Source of the DNA: Octopus sinensis
Lineage: Eukaryota
Assembly (NCBI RefSeq): GCF_006345805.1
Contig: NC_043012.1
Span: 50,840,001 to 50,904,000 of the forward strand
Direction: 5' to 3'
DNA length: 64,000 bases
Below are positions 1-11,442 of the stretch, one piece after another. How positions within the stretch are numbered: position 1 is the first letter of the stretch; every line of letters starts with the position of its first letter. A model generated the notes under the pieces. That model saw only the letters and a program-made list of their open reading frames with translations. It had not been told where the DNA came from and ran no database searches. A program made the position numbers and the translations under genes.

Positions 1-59
1 TTAATTACTCTAAAGTTTATGAGATCCGAACCACAACTGAAATTCTCTTTCATGGAGTT

Positions 60-1616
60 TTCCCACTGAGTAGCAGGGTGGGTGAAGCAGGTACGCAAAT
101 ACTACAAGAAAGATTAACAGATAGACTCAGAACGACAATAGAACTGTAATGGAATGCTATTATAGAATTAATCCGACAAAAGAAGGGTACAAGTATATAT
201 AAAACATAGAGAGAAAACATACATATTCTACATCACAGATCCCGAAACGTAGCGCAGAAAAATACGTTCATCAAAAGACAGTGGTCATCTCATTTGGGAC
301 TGGAGAAATTCTCCACAATATTGAAAGAGTTTGAACATGATTGTGCTGAGCACGAAGGAAAGGAAGCAGAACAAAAACACGGAGTAAGAAAATAAATCCT
401 CACAAAAGAAACAGCTGCTATGATGAAGACAATTTTATTTCCTAGAACGAAAGATAGTTAATAGAAAGGAACTTACTACAACGTCTGAATAAGGCATGAA
501 ACAGCGATGTAAGTTAGCTACCAGATGTTACATGTATCGAAAGAGGAAAACATGAGTATAGACAAAAATGCACAAACTATTAATGAAAACCTATATTGAA
601 AATAAGTGTAGGAGTGGGTGTGGGGTAAGTAGCTTGCTTACCAACCACATGATTCTGGGTTCAGTCTCACTGCGTGGAATCTTGGCAAGTGTCTTCTACT
701 ATAGCCTCGGGCCGACCAAAGCCTTGTCAGTGGATTTGGTAGAGGGAAACTGAAAGAAGCCCGTCGTATATATGTGTATATATATGCATGTTTGTGTATG
801 TGTGTTTGTCCCCCATCATCGCTTGACAACCGATGCTGGTGTGTTTACATCCCCGTAAATTAGCCGTTCGGCAAAGGAGATTCATAGAATAAGTACTAGG
901 CTTACAAAGAATAAGTCCTGAGATCGATTTGCTCGACTAAAGGTGGTGCACCAGCATGGCCACAGTCAAATAACTGAAACAATTAAAAACAAAAAATAAA
1001 ACAGATCTAAATCTCCTACTATAGTGCGCAACTTTCATCATTGTGCAAATTCTTTGAGGTAAATCTAAAAGAAAACGAAGGACAAGGTCCCATGGAGAGA
1101 ACAAAAACTCGAGAACCAAACTGGACTCACGAAGAATATAGGGCGAATAAATGCAATAGCTGCCCTGAACTCTTTCTGAAATGGACGACGGTTGAGTTGC
1201 TAACAGTGCAAAACGTACACGATCTTGAAATTATAATCTACCAAGAATTGGAGGAAATGTACGAGGCGGAATATTACTAAATAGAGAAGGTACTGCCAAT
1301 GGCATCATACTGAAGAAGAAGAAGAAGATGATGATGATGATGAGATGGAAGAGAAACAAACCTGATAATATAGGAATGTTATTAAAAAATCATGCTGATA
1401 AATACGTAGGCACAAACACAGGCTTACAAATATGGCTACTATACACAAAACAACACAACTTGGCATCGCACACATATTACATCGGGTTCTTTCTATATTT
1501 ATGAAACAGCAAATCTAAAACAAAGCGCGGAATACGACCATAGCGCATGGTACAGAAGTCTGTACTGCAACGAAAGCTCACAATAAAATTAAGGCGAAGT
1601 GATGATGATGATGATG

Positions 1617-1660
<44 letters not shown>
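60..1660 (+). mobile_element. Decayed, internally deleted R4/Dong-like non-LTR retrotransposon (N-terminal region plus REL C-terminus and (TGA)n/(TAA)n tail), interrupted by a SINE
   Basis: 120-195 translates R*TQNDNRTVMECYYRINPTKEGY, resembling the R4/Dong N-terminal W..E.N..VMECYY motif. About 1080-1160 gives PWREQKLENQ...KNIGRI (pre-RT region). About 1390-1500 gives HADKYV...ATIHKTTQLGIAHILHRVLS (REL C-terminus). Tail at 1600-1658. Confidence 0.7.
610..1000 (+). mobile_element. tRNA-derived SINE family A (Octopus-like), near full length
   Basis: A-box-like head, degenerate B box GGTTCAGTCTC, internal (TA)/(TG) tract and 3' body. Homologous to 19211, 32411 and 59563. Confidence 0.9.
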
Positions 1661-1661
<1 letters not shown>

Positions 1662-1996
1662 GTCAACGCCTTTCCCAATGGCAATCATAATTATTTTTAA
1701 TAAGCACGTGAACCCATGCATCGGGGATTGTTATAGCCAATTAATATCGATTTCTTACATTAGTACTGCCAATTCTATTTATCTATCGATATAAGGCTGT
1801 TACTGATTTTATCTGGCTCCCAGTGTTGAAAGATAAAACTCAGCCCCCCACTTTCTCGTATTAGGTTCAAATCCATCGTCAGGATCAAGTTTATCATTTG
1901 TACATCTGGGGGTTCATAAAATTTATTAACATCAATATTACTGTAATCGATTCAGTCGTTTATTTCCCTGTGGGCTTCCGTAAATGTAAAGTCTTC

Positions 1997-2440
1997 TTCG
2001 TCGTCATCATCAGCATCAGCATCATCATCGTCGTCGTCGTCGTCGACGTCATCATCATCTCTACTACCACTGCCACCATCCCCACCGGTGGCACCACGCT
2101 ATCAATACCACCACAGTCACCGCCGCTGCCACCGTTACTACCATCTTCGTTGGTGAAATCGTCGTCGTCACCACCATCATCATCATCATCATCATCACCA
2201 CCATTACAGTCACTAGGACTGACACCAAGATCGTCATCATACGCATCCTCCTCCTTTTTTTCCTTCTTCTTCATCTCATTCTTTTTCTCCTCCTCCTCCT
2301 CCTCCTCCTCCTTCTTCTCCTCCTTCTTCTTCTTCTTCTCTTCTTCTTCTCTTCTCCCTCTTCTCCTCCTCCTCCTCCTCCTCATTATCATCATCATTGT
2401 CATCCCCAAAAGCGTGATGATGACCATCATCATAATTGTC
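1997..2440. repeat. Compound trinucleotide low-complexity tract (CGT/CAT/CCT/CTT)
   Basis: Direct reading; explains ORFs 1898-2920 and 1960-2628. Confidence 0.9.
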
Positions 2441-3490
2441 GTTATCATTATATCATCATTTCCATCTTTAATGGCTATCTTATCAATAACACCAGCATCA
2501 TCTTTAACCCCTCTAATACTTTTGTGGCTGCTCAATGCAGTACGATTTCTCCTTGGAAATGAATCAATAAGAAATTGCCTCAATAGTAATTTACCTAAAG
2601 CTAACACTGTAAAGAAAACACCATGCAAGGCGTATATTAGGGAATTGTCGCTTGATATTTTATTCTCTTGTATAACACTATTTGAACATATATATATATA
2701 TATATATATATATGTATTAGTATCTTCAAAATTCTTTGTATCCCAGATTGAAAATATTTATTGGTTCATATTTTTTCGAATTATGAAATTCATTTTTGGT
2801 GACCATATTGTTTTAATACTTACATTTCAGCTTTATCGTCACCTCGAAAATAAGTTTGAAAATTATCCTTCTAATGATATTCTTGTTATGGCATCTTTCT
2901 ATATTGTCATTTCTCAATAAAAGATAGACTGATTTATAAAACTACTATCTTCAGTTAAGGGTATTGAAAGTTTGAGTGGGTATATATGATTTCTGCCGTG
3001 AAAAGCATCAGTCATTCTAATATATTACACTGGATTCGATCACGGTTAGATTAGATCAGATATATCTTAGCTATTTTAGCAAATACACACATACTGAGGT
3101 TGTTGAATTTATAATACTTTCAGAATATATCAATATGTTCACTGCACCGCAGAAACTTATGAGCAGCAAAAATCTATTATTCGCACCTTAGTGTAGGAAA
3201 TGAATTAGGAAAACTAAATGCAGCAGTGAGGAGGTTGCAGTGCTGCAACGTAATCATGACAGCTATAGACACAAAAGGAAAATTGTGATAAGTATATTTT
3301 GCTTCCAGATGGTTTAAATGGCTCTTCGAAACTGTAAATCATTTAGATGCTACAGACGATCTCATTCAATGTCACTTCTATTAGAAAAAATTCCACCGAA
3401 AGTGGAATGACGATTTTTATTCACTAGTCAACTGACTTACTCAGAAAATATCAATGAGGGATCTGAAGCAGATTGTAGGCAAAAAATGTC

Positions 3491-3522
<32 letters not shown>

Positions 3523-3618
3523 ATAATTTCAACAATTGAGGGTAAAATTAATTAATTATTAATCAATTTCACCAAGTATTCAGTATGCAAAGGGACCATT
3601 AAAGCGAATTCAAATTAT

Positions 3619-3718
3619 NNNNNNNNNNNNNNNNNNNNNNNNNNNNNNNNNNNNNNNNNNNNNNNNNNNNNNNNNNNNNNNNNNNNNNNNNNNNNNNNNN
3701 NNNNNNNNNNNNNNNNNN
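3619..3718. other. Scaffold gap (100 N)
   Basis: Run of n. Confidence 1.
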
Positions 3719-3722
3719 TAAG

Positions 3723-3836
3723 ATTTAGCAGAATTAACATAGTGACTCAAGGTGCGATAGTTTCGTGCGTTGGCACTTATCTAAGTGCCAACGCACCAAA
3801 ATCTCAACCTCGTCTTACTCTGTTATTCTGCTAAAT
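3723..3836. repeat. Imperfect palindrome (MITE-like hairpin)
   Basis: GTGCGTTGGCACTTA-TC-TAAGTGCCAACGCAC perfect core (3765-3796), with outer arms ATTTAGCAGAATTAAC / GTTATTCTGCTAAAT. Confidence 0.7.
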
Positions 3837-3941
3837 ATTAATGAGAATATGCATATACCTATATATTGAGTTCTAGTCCCGTTGCATCAAAATGGTATAT
3901 ATGTGTGTGTGTATGTATATAATATATATATAATTTATATA

Positions 3942-4002
<61 letters not shown>

Positions 4003-4094
4003 AAGGGTGAAAAGGAACACACGAGTTGATCTATATGAAAAAATCAAGTCAAGATAGAAATAACGTGCCAACATCAAGTCATACAACACCTCAC

Positions 4095-4300
4095 TACTTC
4101 CACTCATTCACTCATTCATATTCTCCCCTTCTTCATCATCATCATTATTATCATCATCATTGTCGTCGTCATTATCACCATCATCATCATCTTCTTCTTC
4201 TTCTTCTTCTTCATCATCATCAACATCGTCATCATCATCATCTTCTTCTTCTTCTTCTTCTTCTTCTTCTTCTTCTTCTTCTTCTTCTGCTCCACCTTCT
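4095..4300. repeat. (CAT)/(CTT) trinucleotide tract
   Basis: Direct reading. Confidence 0.9.
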
Positions 4301-4544
4301 ACGTCTTAACTTTATCACTAATGCTTTTTAGTATAATACCTACGCAAATTCTATAAACAAACCTTTCAATAGAAATATTCTCCTGAATTGAACTGCAACT
4401 GACCATTCAAAATACGACAATCAAGGCAATCCCAAATTTTCCACCCCTTCTCCTCATCATCCTTCTTCTTCTTCTACCCTGCCAAGAATTCACAACGACC
4501 TCGAACACACAAGAGAGACAGAGACAGAGTGCAAACAAGTTGAA

Positions 4545-4865
4545 GACTATACAAATATTCCTTTAAAGAAACTTTTCTTTTAATTTTTCTAAATTTAATT
4601 ATTTAATCGTTACAGTTGAACAGGTCTTAAAATGACCGAAACCGGTACTGAGATGTTCTTTATAAAATTATTTTAGCATTTTCTATCTTGACTTGTATTT
4701 TCATATATATATATATAATATATATATATATATACACATATATTTCGTTTTGGGATTTGGTTTGCAAGATTATTTATATGAGTTCGTGTGTTGAAGCATA
4801 TTCCGTTGTGTCCCTTACATTATAAGGCACAAAAAGAAAATGACTCTCCCCAGACACAACAGTAT
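4545..4865. mobile_element. Short repeat, probably Penelope pLTR-derived, with a degenerate hammerhead motif at 4613-4650
   Basis: CAG-TTGAACA-GGTC/GACC-GAAAC-CG-GTA-CTG. Its end (4821-4862) is the reverse complement of the motif GTTGTGTCTGGGGAGAG at 30693. Confidence 0.5.
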
Positions 4866-6361
4866 ATATATATATATATATAATATGCTTACATATCTAA
4901 ATATCTATCTAGCTACCTATATGTCTCTCAGTCTCACTGTCTTTCTGTATGCGTTTATTTATGTATATATGTCTGTACATCATGTGGCACAAATACTTAG
5001 ATTTCTGGGTTCCGGATCACAAATTCGTTGGTTTAAATCTTCTGCCAGCCAGCATGTTGTGCCAGGGAGTAAATTCTTGGTCCATTGATTTCTTCTACCT
5101 ATAACTGTTTTATCGATAATACAATGGCCCATGGAAATATTCTCTTCATTAGCAACTATCTCTGTTGCTATCTCTGTTGCAATCTTTGTTGCTACCTCCG
5201 CCTATACTTACTTGATACGTTTTCAATTTTATTCTACCTAACATACAAATCCTTTCCCAAATATTCCTATTGATTCAATCCGATAGAATTTAAATTAAAA
5301 CCTTTTCTCTTTTTAATGACACTTCAACTAACAATTCTTCTTGTTTAATATCAATGTCACCAGTCTTACACAGTTTCAAGGATTTCGTATACAGCATTTC
5401 TTGGAATCCATATAATAGCCTAAAATGCTTCAAATGGTGGCACATCTTCTATTCAGTCCAATGACAAGAATTCTAAATTGATGTGACGTTAAAAATGTTG
5501 GTGTTTACAAGTGAATAGGTTTGAATAACTTCTGAGGGAGTGGACATAATCATGTTACAAATGAGAGGAAATTTCATCTCAGACACAACGGAAACCAGGT
5601 ACATGTCAGTTGGATCTAGGCAGAGATTGTAACAAACATCACTTATAAAAGTAGGATGACCATTACCCCATACGACATTGAAATATTGGGGAATAAATGC
5701 ATTGGTAGGAGAAAACATTTTCGTCAAGTAATTGTCGTTCTTTGTTCAATTAGTTTTACATTTCTCTGACATTTGTTGCTTTAACATTTTTGTGTGCGTA
5801 AGAGTATCACTGCCGCAGTTATAAAATAGTTATTCTAGATGTACGTCACTTACACATAAATATCGCTGAGGTGAGTATCGTCTGGATTTTCTGACAAACT
5901 TACTCTTCTTATTTCTTTGATTTTTCTTTTACTTTACTTCTAATCAGCGCTGACATCCACAGCGCTGAATCCCACTATGGATTCCATCGGTAAACATTTT
6001 ATATTAACTCTAACCTGATGCGATATTTTCTTTTAATGTGATGCGTAACCAAATTGTATTGCACATACTATGCGTAAATGTGAAGGCATCAGCTAGTCAA
6101 GCGCATTGTTACAATATACTCGTCCACTGAGGATTGAATTTCTCTTCAACGTGAACCTCCTCCCCACCTGCACCTCCACTATACCAACCTCCGTTTTCAA
6201 CACCCTATTTCTGTTAATCAACTTCAACTCTTTCAAAAACAAGAAGACAGTACTTCGTTTGGATTTGCCAAATCTTTAACGACAGCAAATTTGGGACATA
6301 TATATACACTGCTGACCACCGCTTCGCTAATTGTCATTTCATTTCGCATATAACACTTCTT

Positions 6362-6774
6362 ATTTCTTTATTGCCCACAAGGGGTTAAACATAGAGAGGA
6401 CAAACAAGGACAGACAAGGGAATTGAGTCGATTACATCGACCCCAGTGAGTAACAGGTACTTAATTTATCAACCCCGATAGGACGAAAGGCAAAGTCGAC
6501 ATCGGCGGAATTTGAACTCAGAACATAGCGGCAGATGAAATACCGATTTCTTTACTACCCACAAGGGGCTAAATACAGAGGCACAAACAAGGACAGACAG
6601 ACGGATTAAGTCGATTATATCGACTCCAGTGCGTAACTGGTACTTAATTTATCGACCCCGAAAGGATGAAAGGCAAATCGACATCGGCGGAATTTGAACT
6701 CAGAACATTACGGCAGACGAAATACGGCTACGCATTTCGCCCGGCATGCTTAACGTTTCTGCCAGCTCGCCGCC
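6362..6774 (-). mobile_element. SINE family B head-to-tail dimer (full copy 6546-6774 plus 5'-truncated copy 6362-6545)
   Basis: Minus strand reads GGCGGCGAGCTGGCAGAAACG (A box), GAGTTCAAATTCC (B box) and core CCTTTCATCCTTTCGGGGTCGATAAA. The body is repeated twice. Confidence 0.9.
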
Positions 6775-6967
6775 TTCATATATAACATTTCTACTTGTTC
6801 TCGACTACTGATAAGGTTATCTGTGTATATATTGAAGCTAAGTATATATACACGTCAGTACATGAATGGATATAATATCCACATAGTTATGTTTTCCGGA
6901 TGCTTATAAATGAAGGCGTCTACAAATTAATACTTCTGATCAAATGATTCGGCCATTCTAAATAAAA

Positions 6968-9480
6968 AAGTTAGGTTTATGGTCCTTCACTATAAATCTG
7001 GGTTGCTTGGGGCTAAGCGGCTGAGTTCTCATTTGAATTCGGTGTTTAAATATTATTTCCTTAATTTCCAAGTTTACCTTCACTCCTCAGGGTACTCCAA
7101 TTGGTTTTCCTGAGGAAGGTAAACTTGGAAATTAAGGAAATAATATTTAAACACCGAATTCAGATGAGAACTCAGCCGCTTAGCCCCAAGCAACCAGATT
7201 ATAGTGAAGGACCATAACCTAACTTCCACACACCACCAGCGCTAAGACTCATATGCCCTGCTAGATCTGATATCGGGATAATCAGTAAGTACATTTAGAT
7301 AAATATATCCCCAGTTTAGTAAACAAGCTGAAGCTCAGCCTCTGGGCCACTCCTCGCAGGTAGTGAAGTGGTTCTCTTCCATCCCCAATAAGACCGTAAC
7401 TAGGTTCATTCAGTTTGATATCGCCAGCTCTCTACCCCTCGATTACCCTAGTGTGCTAAATAAGGCCCTCTGGCATGCTCACAACAAGGCTGGCCTCACC
7501 AGAGGAATAATATCATTTTAGTTGCCAGGAAATCGTTTATTAAGTTTGATAATAAGTTTGGGATCCGTAAAGATACTCCCATGAATTTGATGTGCCTATG
7601 GGTAGTTTCGGATAGTGCGCAGATAGCCGATTTGGTCGGAATATATTCTCTATCTACGAATTGTCCGACCAATTCCGGAGATCGCGGGCGGCCTGTATCG
7701 TGACGATTGTCTGTTACCTTGCAAAACACCACGAACAAAAGTGCAGAAAACTAAGAGCGGTTAGCTAGGTTTTTAATAGAATGGGCAGGTGTATAGTTTT
7801 TGATAATGAACTCACCAAGGCTAATTTCCTAGACGTACACTTAACCTTAATAGCGACTCATACTGCCCTTACACTAATTTGAAGTATGTCAGTGTCTTCT
7901 CAAATCATGCCAAAACCGTAACAGACAATTTGGTTAAAAACATCTCTCTAAGATTGTCTGGCTTGTCCGCCAGTGCCGATATTTTTATACAGAAAGCGGA
8001 ATTTTATAACGCCGCACTAAACATCCAAGGCCGGTTATAGGCAGAAGGTAATTTATATGATCCGGCCCTTCCGATGCCATCATTCGTTCATCAGGATAGG
8101 GCGTATATAATAACATTAACATTTTAAGTAAGGACGGAGCGCGGCGGATGCCGGGGTAGTCGCTCCCGCATTTAATTAGCGAACAAGGATAATTATCGGT
8201 CCGGGAGGTCTTACACTAACCCAAGACCCGTTATTCATCGAGAATCATCACCCACCCGAATGCGAGAGCTGGGCGTCCCGACCCATCACACTGATAGAAT
8301 AGCATATATGGTTTTGAATCCCCTTTGGTAAGCAGATTAGAACTAACCTCCCCCCCTCATGTTTAGACAAGCATCGCCAATAACTTCCCCAGAAATTCCA
8401 AATATTACTCCACGGTAACTCGCATAAAGTAGGATAGCTTTCTCCAACACTAAAACCTTCGCCAGATAATCGCCTCCATAATAAATAGGCTACTTACTAA
8501 GACCCTATCACCTTTTTCCGGAGGCACAGCCTCTTCCGCTCCCGGTTTAATGCTCAGTAGGATAATTATAGTAGTAATAATGATATGAGAGCCAGTACAG
8601 TGACACATAATCTCAGCTCCAGCCAGGGTTACCACTAGGGTATAGTTATAATAGGGGTGTTGTGGTTGACGGTAACAATGGGAGTAGGGTAGAGAGCCCC
8701 AATAGCATCCCCAGCAGCATCATTTCCCGCAATAGCAGCACCACGGGCAGTAGCAATGACAGCACTCTGATAGATAGTGGAGAATCAGGGGTTATTCCTA
8801 TAGTTAATAGTGACGTAGTGGAAAATAGAGTAGTAAGCGGCTGCAGGTCTCGGAACGAATATAGTGCAGGAACGCAGTTCTAATTTCAGAAACTAATCGT
8901 AGCAGAATAGATTAACGTCGGCGAACTCCAAGATCAAAACGCCGTCTACCAATGCAAGGTTTACACGGACTCAGATGTCTTCACTTATGTAGGGGCATCA
9001 TCCTCAAGATTGTCTTTGCGTATCTCCAACCATTACGCAACTTTTCGGGACATGAACAAGCGCCAGACCACGGGACTCAGTAGCTAATATGGCGACTGAA
9101 GGATACGAACTTAAGCTATAGGCTGGAATGGTCAATTTTGTCGGTGGCCCTCCCATTTGATAGGGGCAGAAGACAGTGCAACCTTTGTGTCTCCGACTCT
9201 TCCTATTTTTTTTTTGCCAGAGGCCGGATGGTAAACGGGCTCTTACAGTCGGCTTTTCGATGCCCCATTGGCGGCGTTACACTTATCTGGCTTTTAAATA
9301 GCGTTTATAAATAATACCGGCACCCATAGCCCTTTGTAACAAATTCTGAAATAGCCTTTAAGATATCTACGATTAACCACTGCAAGGGAATTACTCCTGT
9401 GGGACAACGGGGCTTGGTTTTTCACATCGGGGGTTTCCTTGACAAGGCAGGCTTAGATGAACCACACACACATAAAACAT
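6968..9480 (+). mobile_element. Penelope-like retroelement (RT + GIY-YIG endonuclease), 5'-truncated with inverted 5' segment, frameshifted
   Basis: Across frames: PALRLICPARSDIGIISK, RFIQFDI, FDVPMGSF, GLYRDD, NFLDVHL, SNHAKTV..NISLRLS (RT). GIY-YIG region 8915-9300 gives NAVYQCKV...YVGAS...RISNHYATFR...LEWSIL...CNLC. Inverted arms at 6968-7091 and 7109-7225. Confidence 0.92.
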
Positions 9481-9885
9481 AATATATATATATTTTTTTT
9501 TTCTTTCTGCCACCCACGGTTCTCACGGCAGTAGCCACTGACAGCCGAACGATGAAACGCACCCCGTACACAAAAAATGTTTTCTACTACCCTACGCAAC
9601 ACACACATATATAGAACAGTATACACACCCACGTCTCTGAGTAGATTTTTTCTCGCCCCTTATAAAACATCCAATATTCCTTAATTTCAAACTTATTTTC
9701 TCGGTCACAAAGAACATCTATACACCCTCACCCACAGATTGACCGATGCTGACCCGTTGAATTCTTCAGCCACCGGTTCTCAACATACACTGATAAACAG
9801 TTTCGCCATGGGCTCTTAGGAGCATAGTCGATTTGTTTTGCTCCGCCTCTGTTCTGTTTTTGTTTTTCCAACGGATTTCCTTTTT

Positions 9886-9967
9886 TCTCCTGAAGAGAAA
9901 GACACAATATGGTCCCATTATTCAATCGGATTTTGGTAATTTGTGTCTTTCGAAACACGTGTAGAAT
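9886..9967 (+). ncRNA. Type I hammerhead ribozyme motif, canonical core, weak helix I
   Basis: CTGAAGA (9890-96), 11-bp helix II GAAAGACACAA/TTGTGTCTTTC, GAAAC, palindromic helix III ACACGTGT, GTA triplet. Confidence 0.75.
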
Positions 9968-10206
9968 GAATAAAACGATTTCTGTTCAATCTGCGTTCAG
10001 CTCCATTTCTTCAATTCACCAATAATGTTTTAATTTCAATTATCCGCACCAACGCACGGTTGCAACGCCAGATGGTTGTACCTCCAACCGTTGCTGTTTA
10101 CTGCTTTGATTTTTGCTACTAAGGTATCGTTAACTTTTGATTAATCTACTACAAGATTATTCATCTTTCTATTTCACATAATTATATATATATATATATA
10201 TGTGGG

Positions 10207-10237
<31 letters not shown>

Positions 10238-10266
10238 TATGTGTGTGTGTGTGTGAGTGTGTGTGT

Positions 10267-10474
10267 AAAAGGGATGACCACTAAGTGGACATCCAATATG
10301 ATAGAAGTAGACCCCATATGGTCTGACCACTAAAAAAGTTTGTTCTCAAGAATATTCAGCAAACGACACAACGTAACCGAGCAAGACAAATGAAAGGATA
10401 CAAATTATAATGATTAGTCATATACCTGGTTTCATTATTACCACTTACATAATTATTTATGTAAATGTCCGAAG
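10267..10474 (+). repeat. About 210-bp dispersed repeat unit, copy 1
   Basis: Direct, diverged homology to 10799-11008. Confidence 0.8.
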
Positions 10475-10679
10475 TTCATCATTGTGACCGTTTTGAAAAA
10501 TATAATTTGCAGAACTAGACACGAGACATGCACACGAGAATGAACATGTATATAGCTTTCCCAATTACATTTGGGGATAAATTTCAAAAGTCTTCGATTT
10601 GGCGCGCTAAAAACCGGAAATATCTATACAGAAAATAATTCTCGGCAGTGAATAATGCCGGTTAGAGAACATGGCTATT

Positions 10680-11162
10680 TAAATTTAGATAATAAAGTAA
10701 AAACTTGAATGTTGATTTGATTAGCATCAATTTAAACCAGTGGCCTAGCATATTGAAAAAAAATCTAGAGATTCAGAAAAATTTAACTACATATATATAA
10801 AAGGGATGACCATTACGTGGACATCGAATATGCTAGAAGTAGACCCAATAAAGTCTGAGCACTAAGAAAAGATTGTTCTCAAGAAAATTCAGCAAACGCC
10901 ACAAGGTAAGCGAGCAAGACAAATGAAAAGATACAAAATATATTGATTAGTCATTAGCAGGTTTTATTGTTACCACTTAAGTAATTAAATACGTAAATGT
11001 CCGCAAGTATATTGGATGTCCACTTAGTGGTTGATCCCTCTTATATGTATGTAATATAATTTTTCTGAATCTTCAGAATTTTTCAATATGCTAGGCCACG
11101 GGTCTAAATTAATGTTAATTAAATGAACATTCAATTTTTTAGCCTCATTATTTAAATTTATA
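10680..11162. mobile_element. Fold-back element (arms 10680-10798 / 11044-11162) enclosing copy 2 of the 210-bp unit (10799-11039)
   Basis: Arms are diverged reverse complements (GTGGCCTAGCATATTGAAAAA / TTTTTCAATATGCTAGGCCAC). The enclosed unit ends with a 31-bp inversion of its own head. Confidence 0.7.
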
Positions 11163-11204
11163 TACATATATGGATAGATATAAATAGATAGATAGATGGT
11201 TATA

Positions 11205-11295
11205 TATACATACTACATACATACATACATATTATATACATATATATATACTATATATATATATATACATATATATATATAATACATATATATAT

Positions 11296-11344
<49 letters not shown>

Positions 11345-11348
11345 TATA

Positions 11349-11390
<42 letters not shown>

Positions 11391-11406
11391 ATATATATAT
11401 ACATAC

Positions 11407-11437
<31 letters not shown>

Positions 11438-11440
11438 ATT
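11205..11440. repeat. (TA)n/(TACA)n microsatellite
   Basis: Direct reading. Confidence 0.95.
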
Positions 11441-11442
11441 TA

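Noticed and set aside
1898-2920. 340-aa and 222-aa overlapping ORFs
   Set aside because: Trinucleotide low-complexity artefacts.
5085-5800. Possible Helitron PIF1 helicase remnant (- strand; YFHGPLY resembling FSHGQLY)
   Set aside because: Similarity too weak and fragmented to support without a search.
5839-5870. 32-nt candidate exon with GAG|GTGAGT donor
   Set aside because: Weak acceptor, no recognisable peptide and no partner exons.
8820-9300. Selenocysteine recoding as reported for some Naiad Penelope elements
   Set aside because: No in-frame TGA at expected Cys positions was seen, and the copy is too decayed.
10320-10915. Hammerhead-like layouts in the 210-bp units (CUGACCA...GACAC...GUA; CUGAGCA...GCCAC...GUA)
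   Set aside because: Both core strands are mutated. The recurring C at position 8 (also 4616 and 45858) is noted but would break the C3-G8 pair, so these are not called ribozymes.
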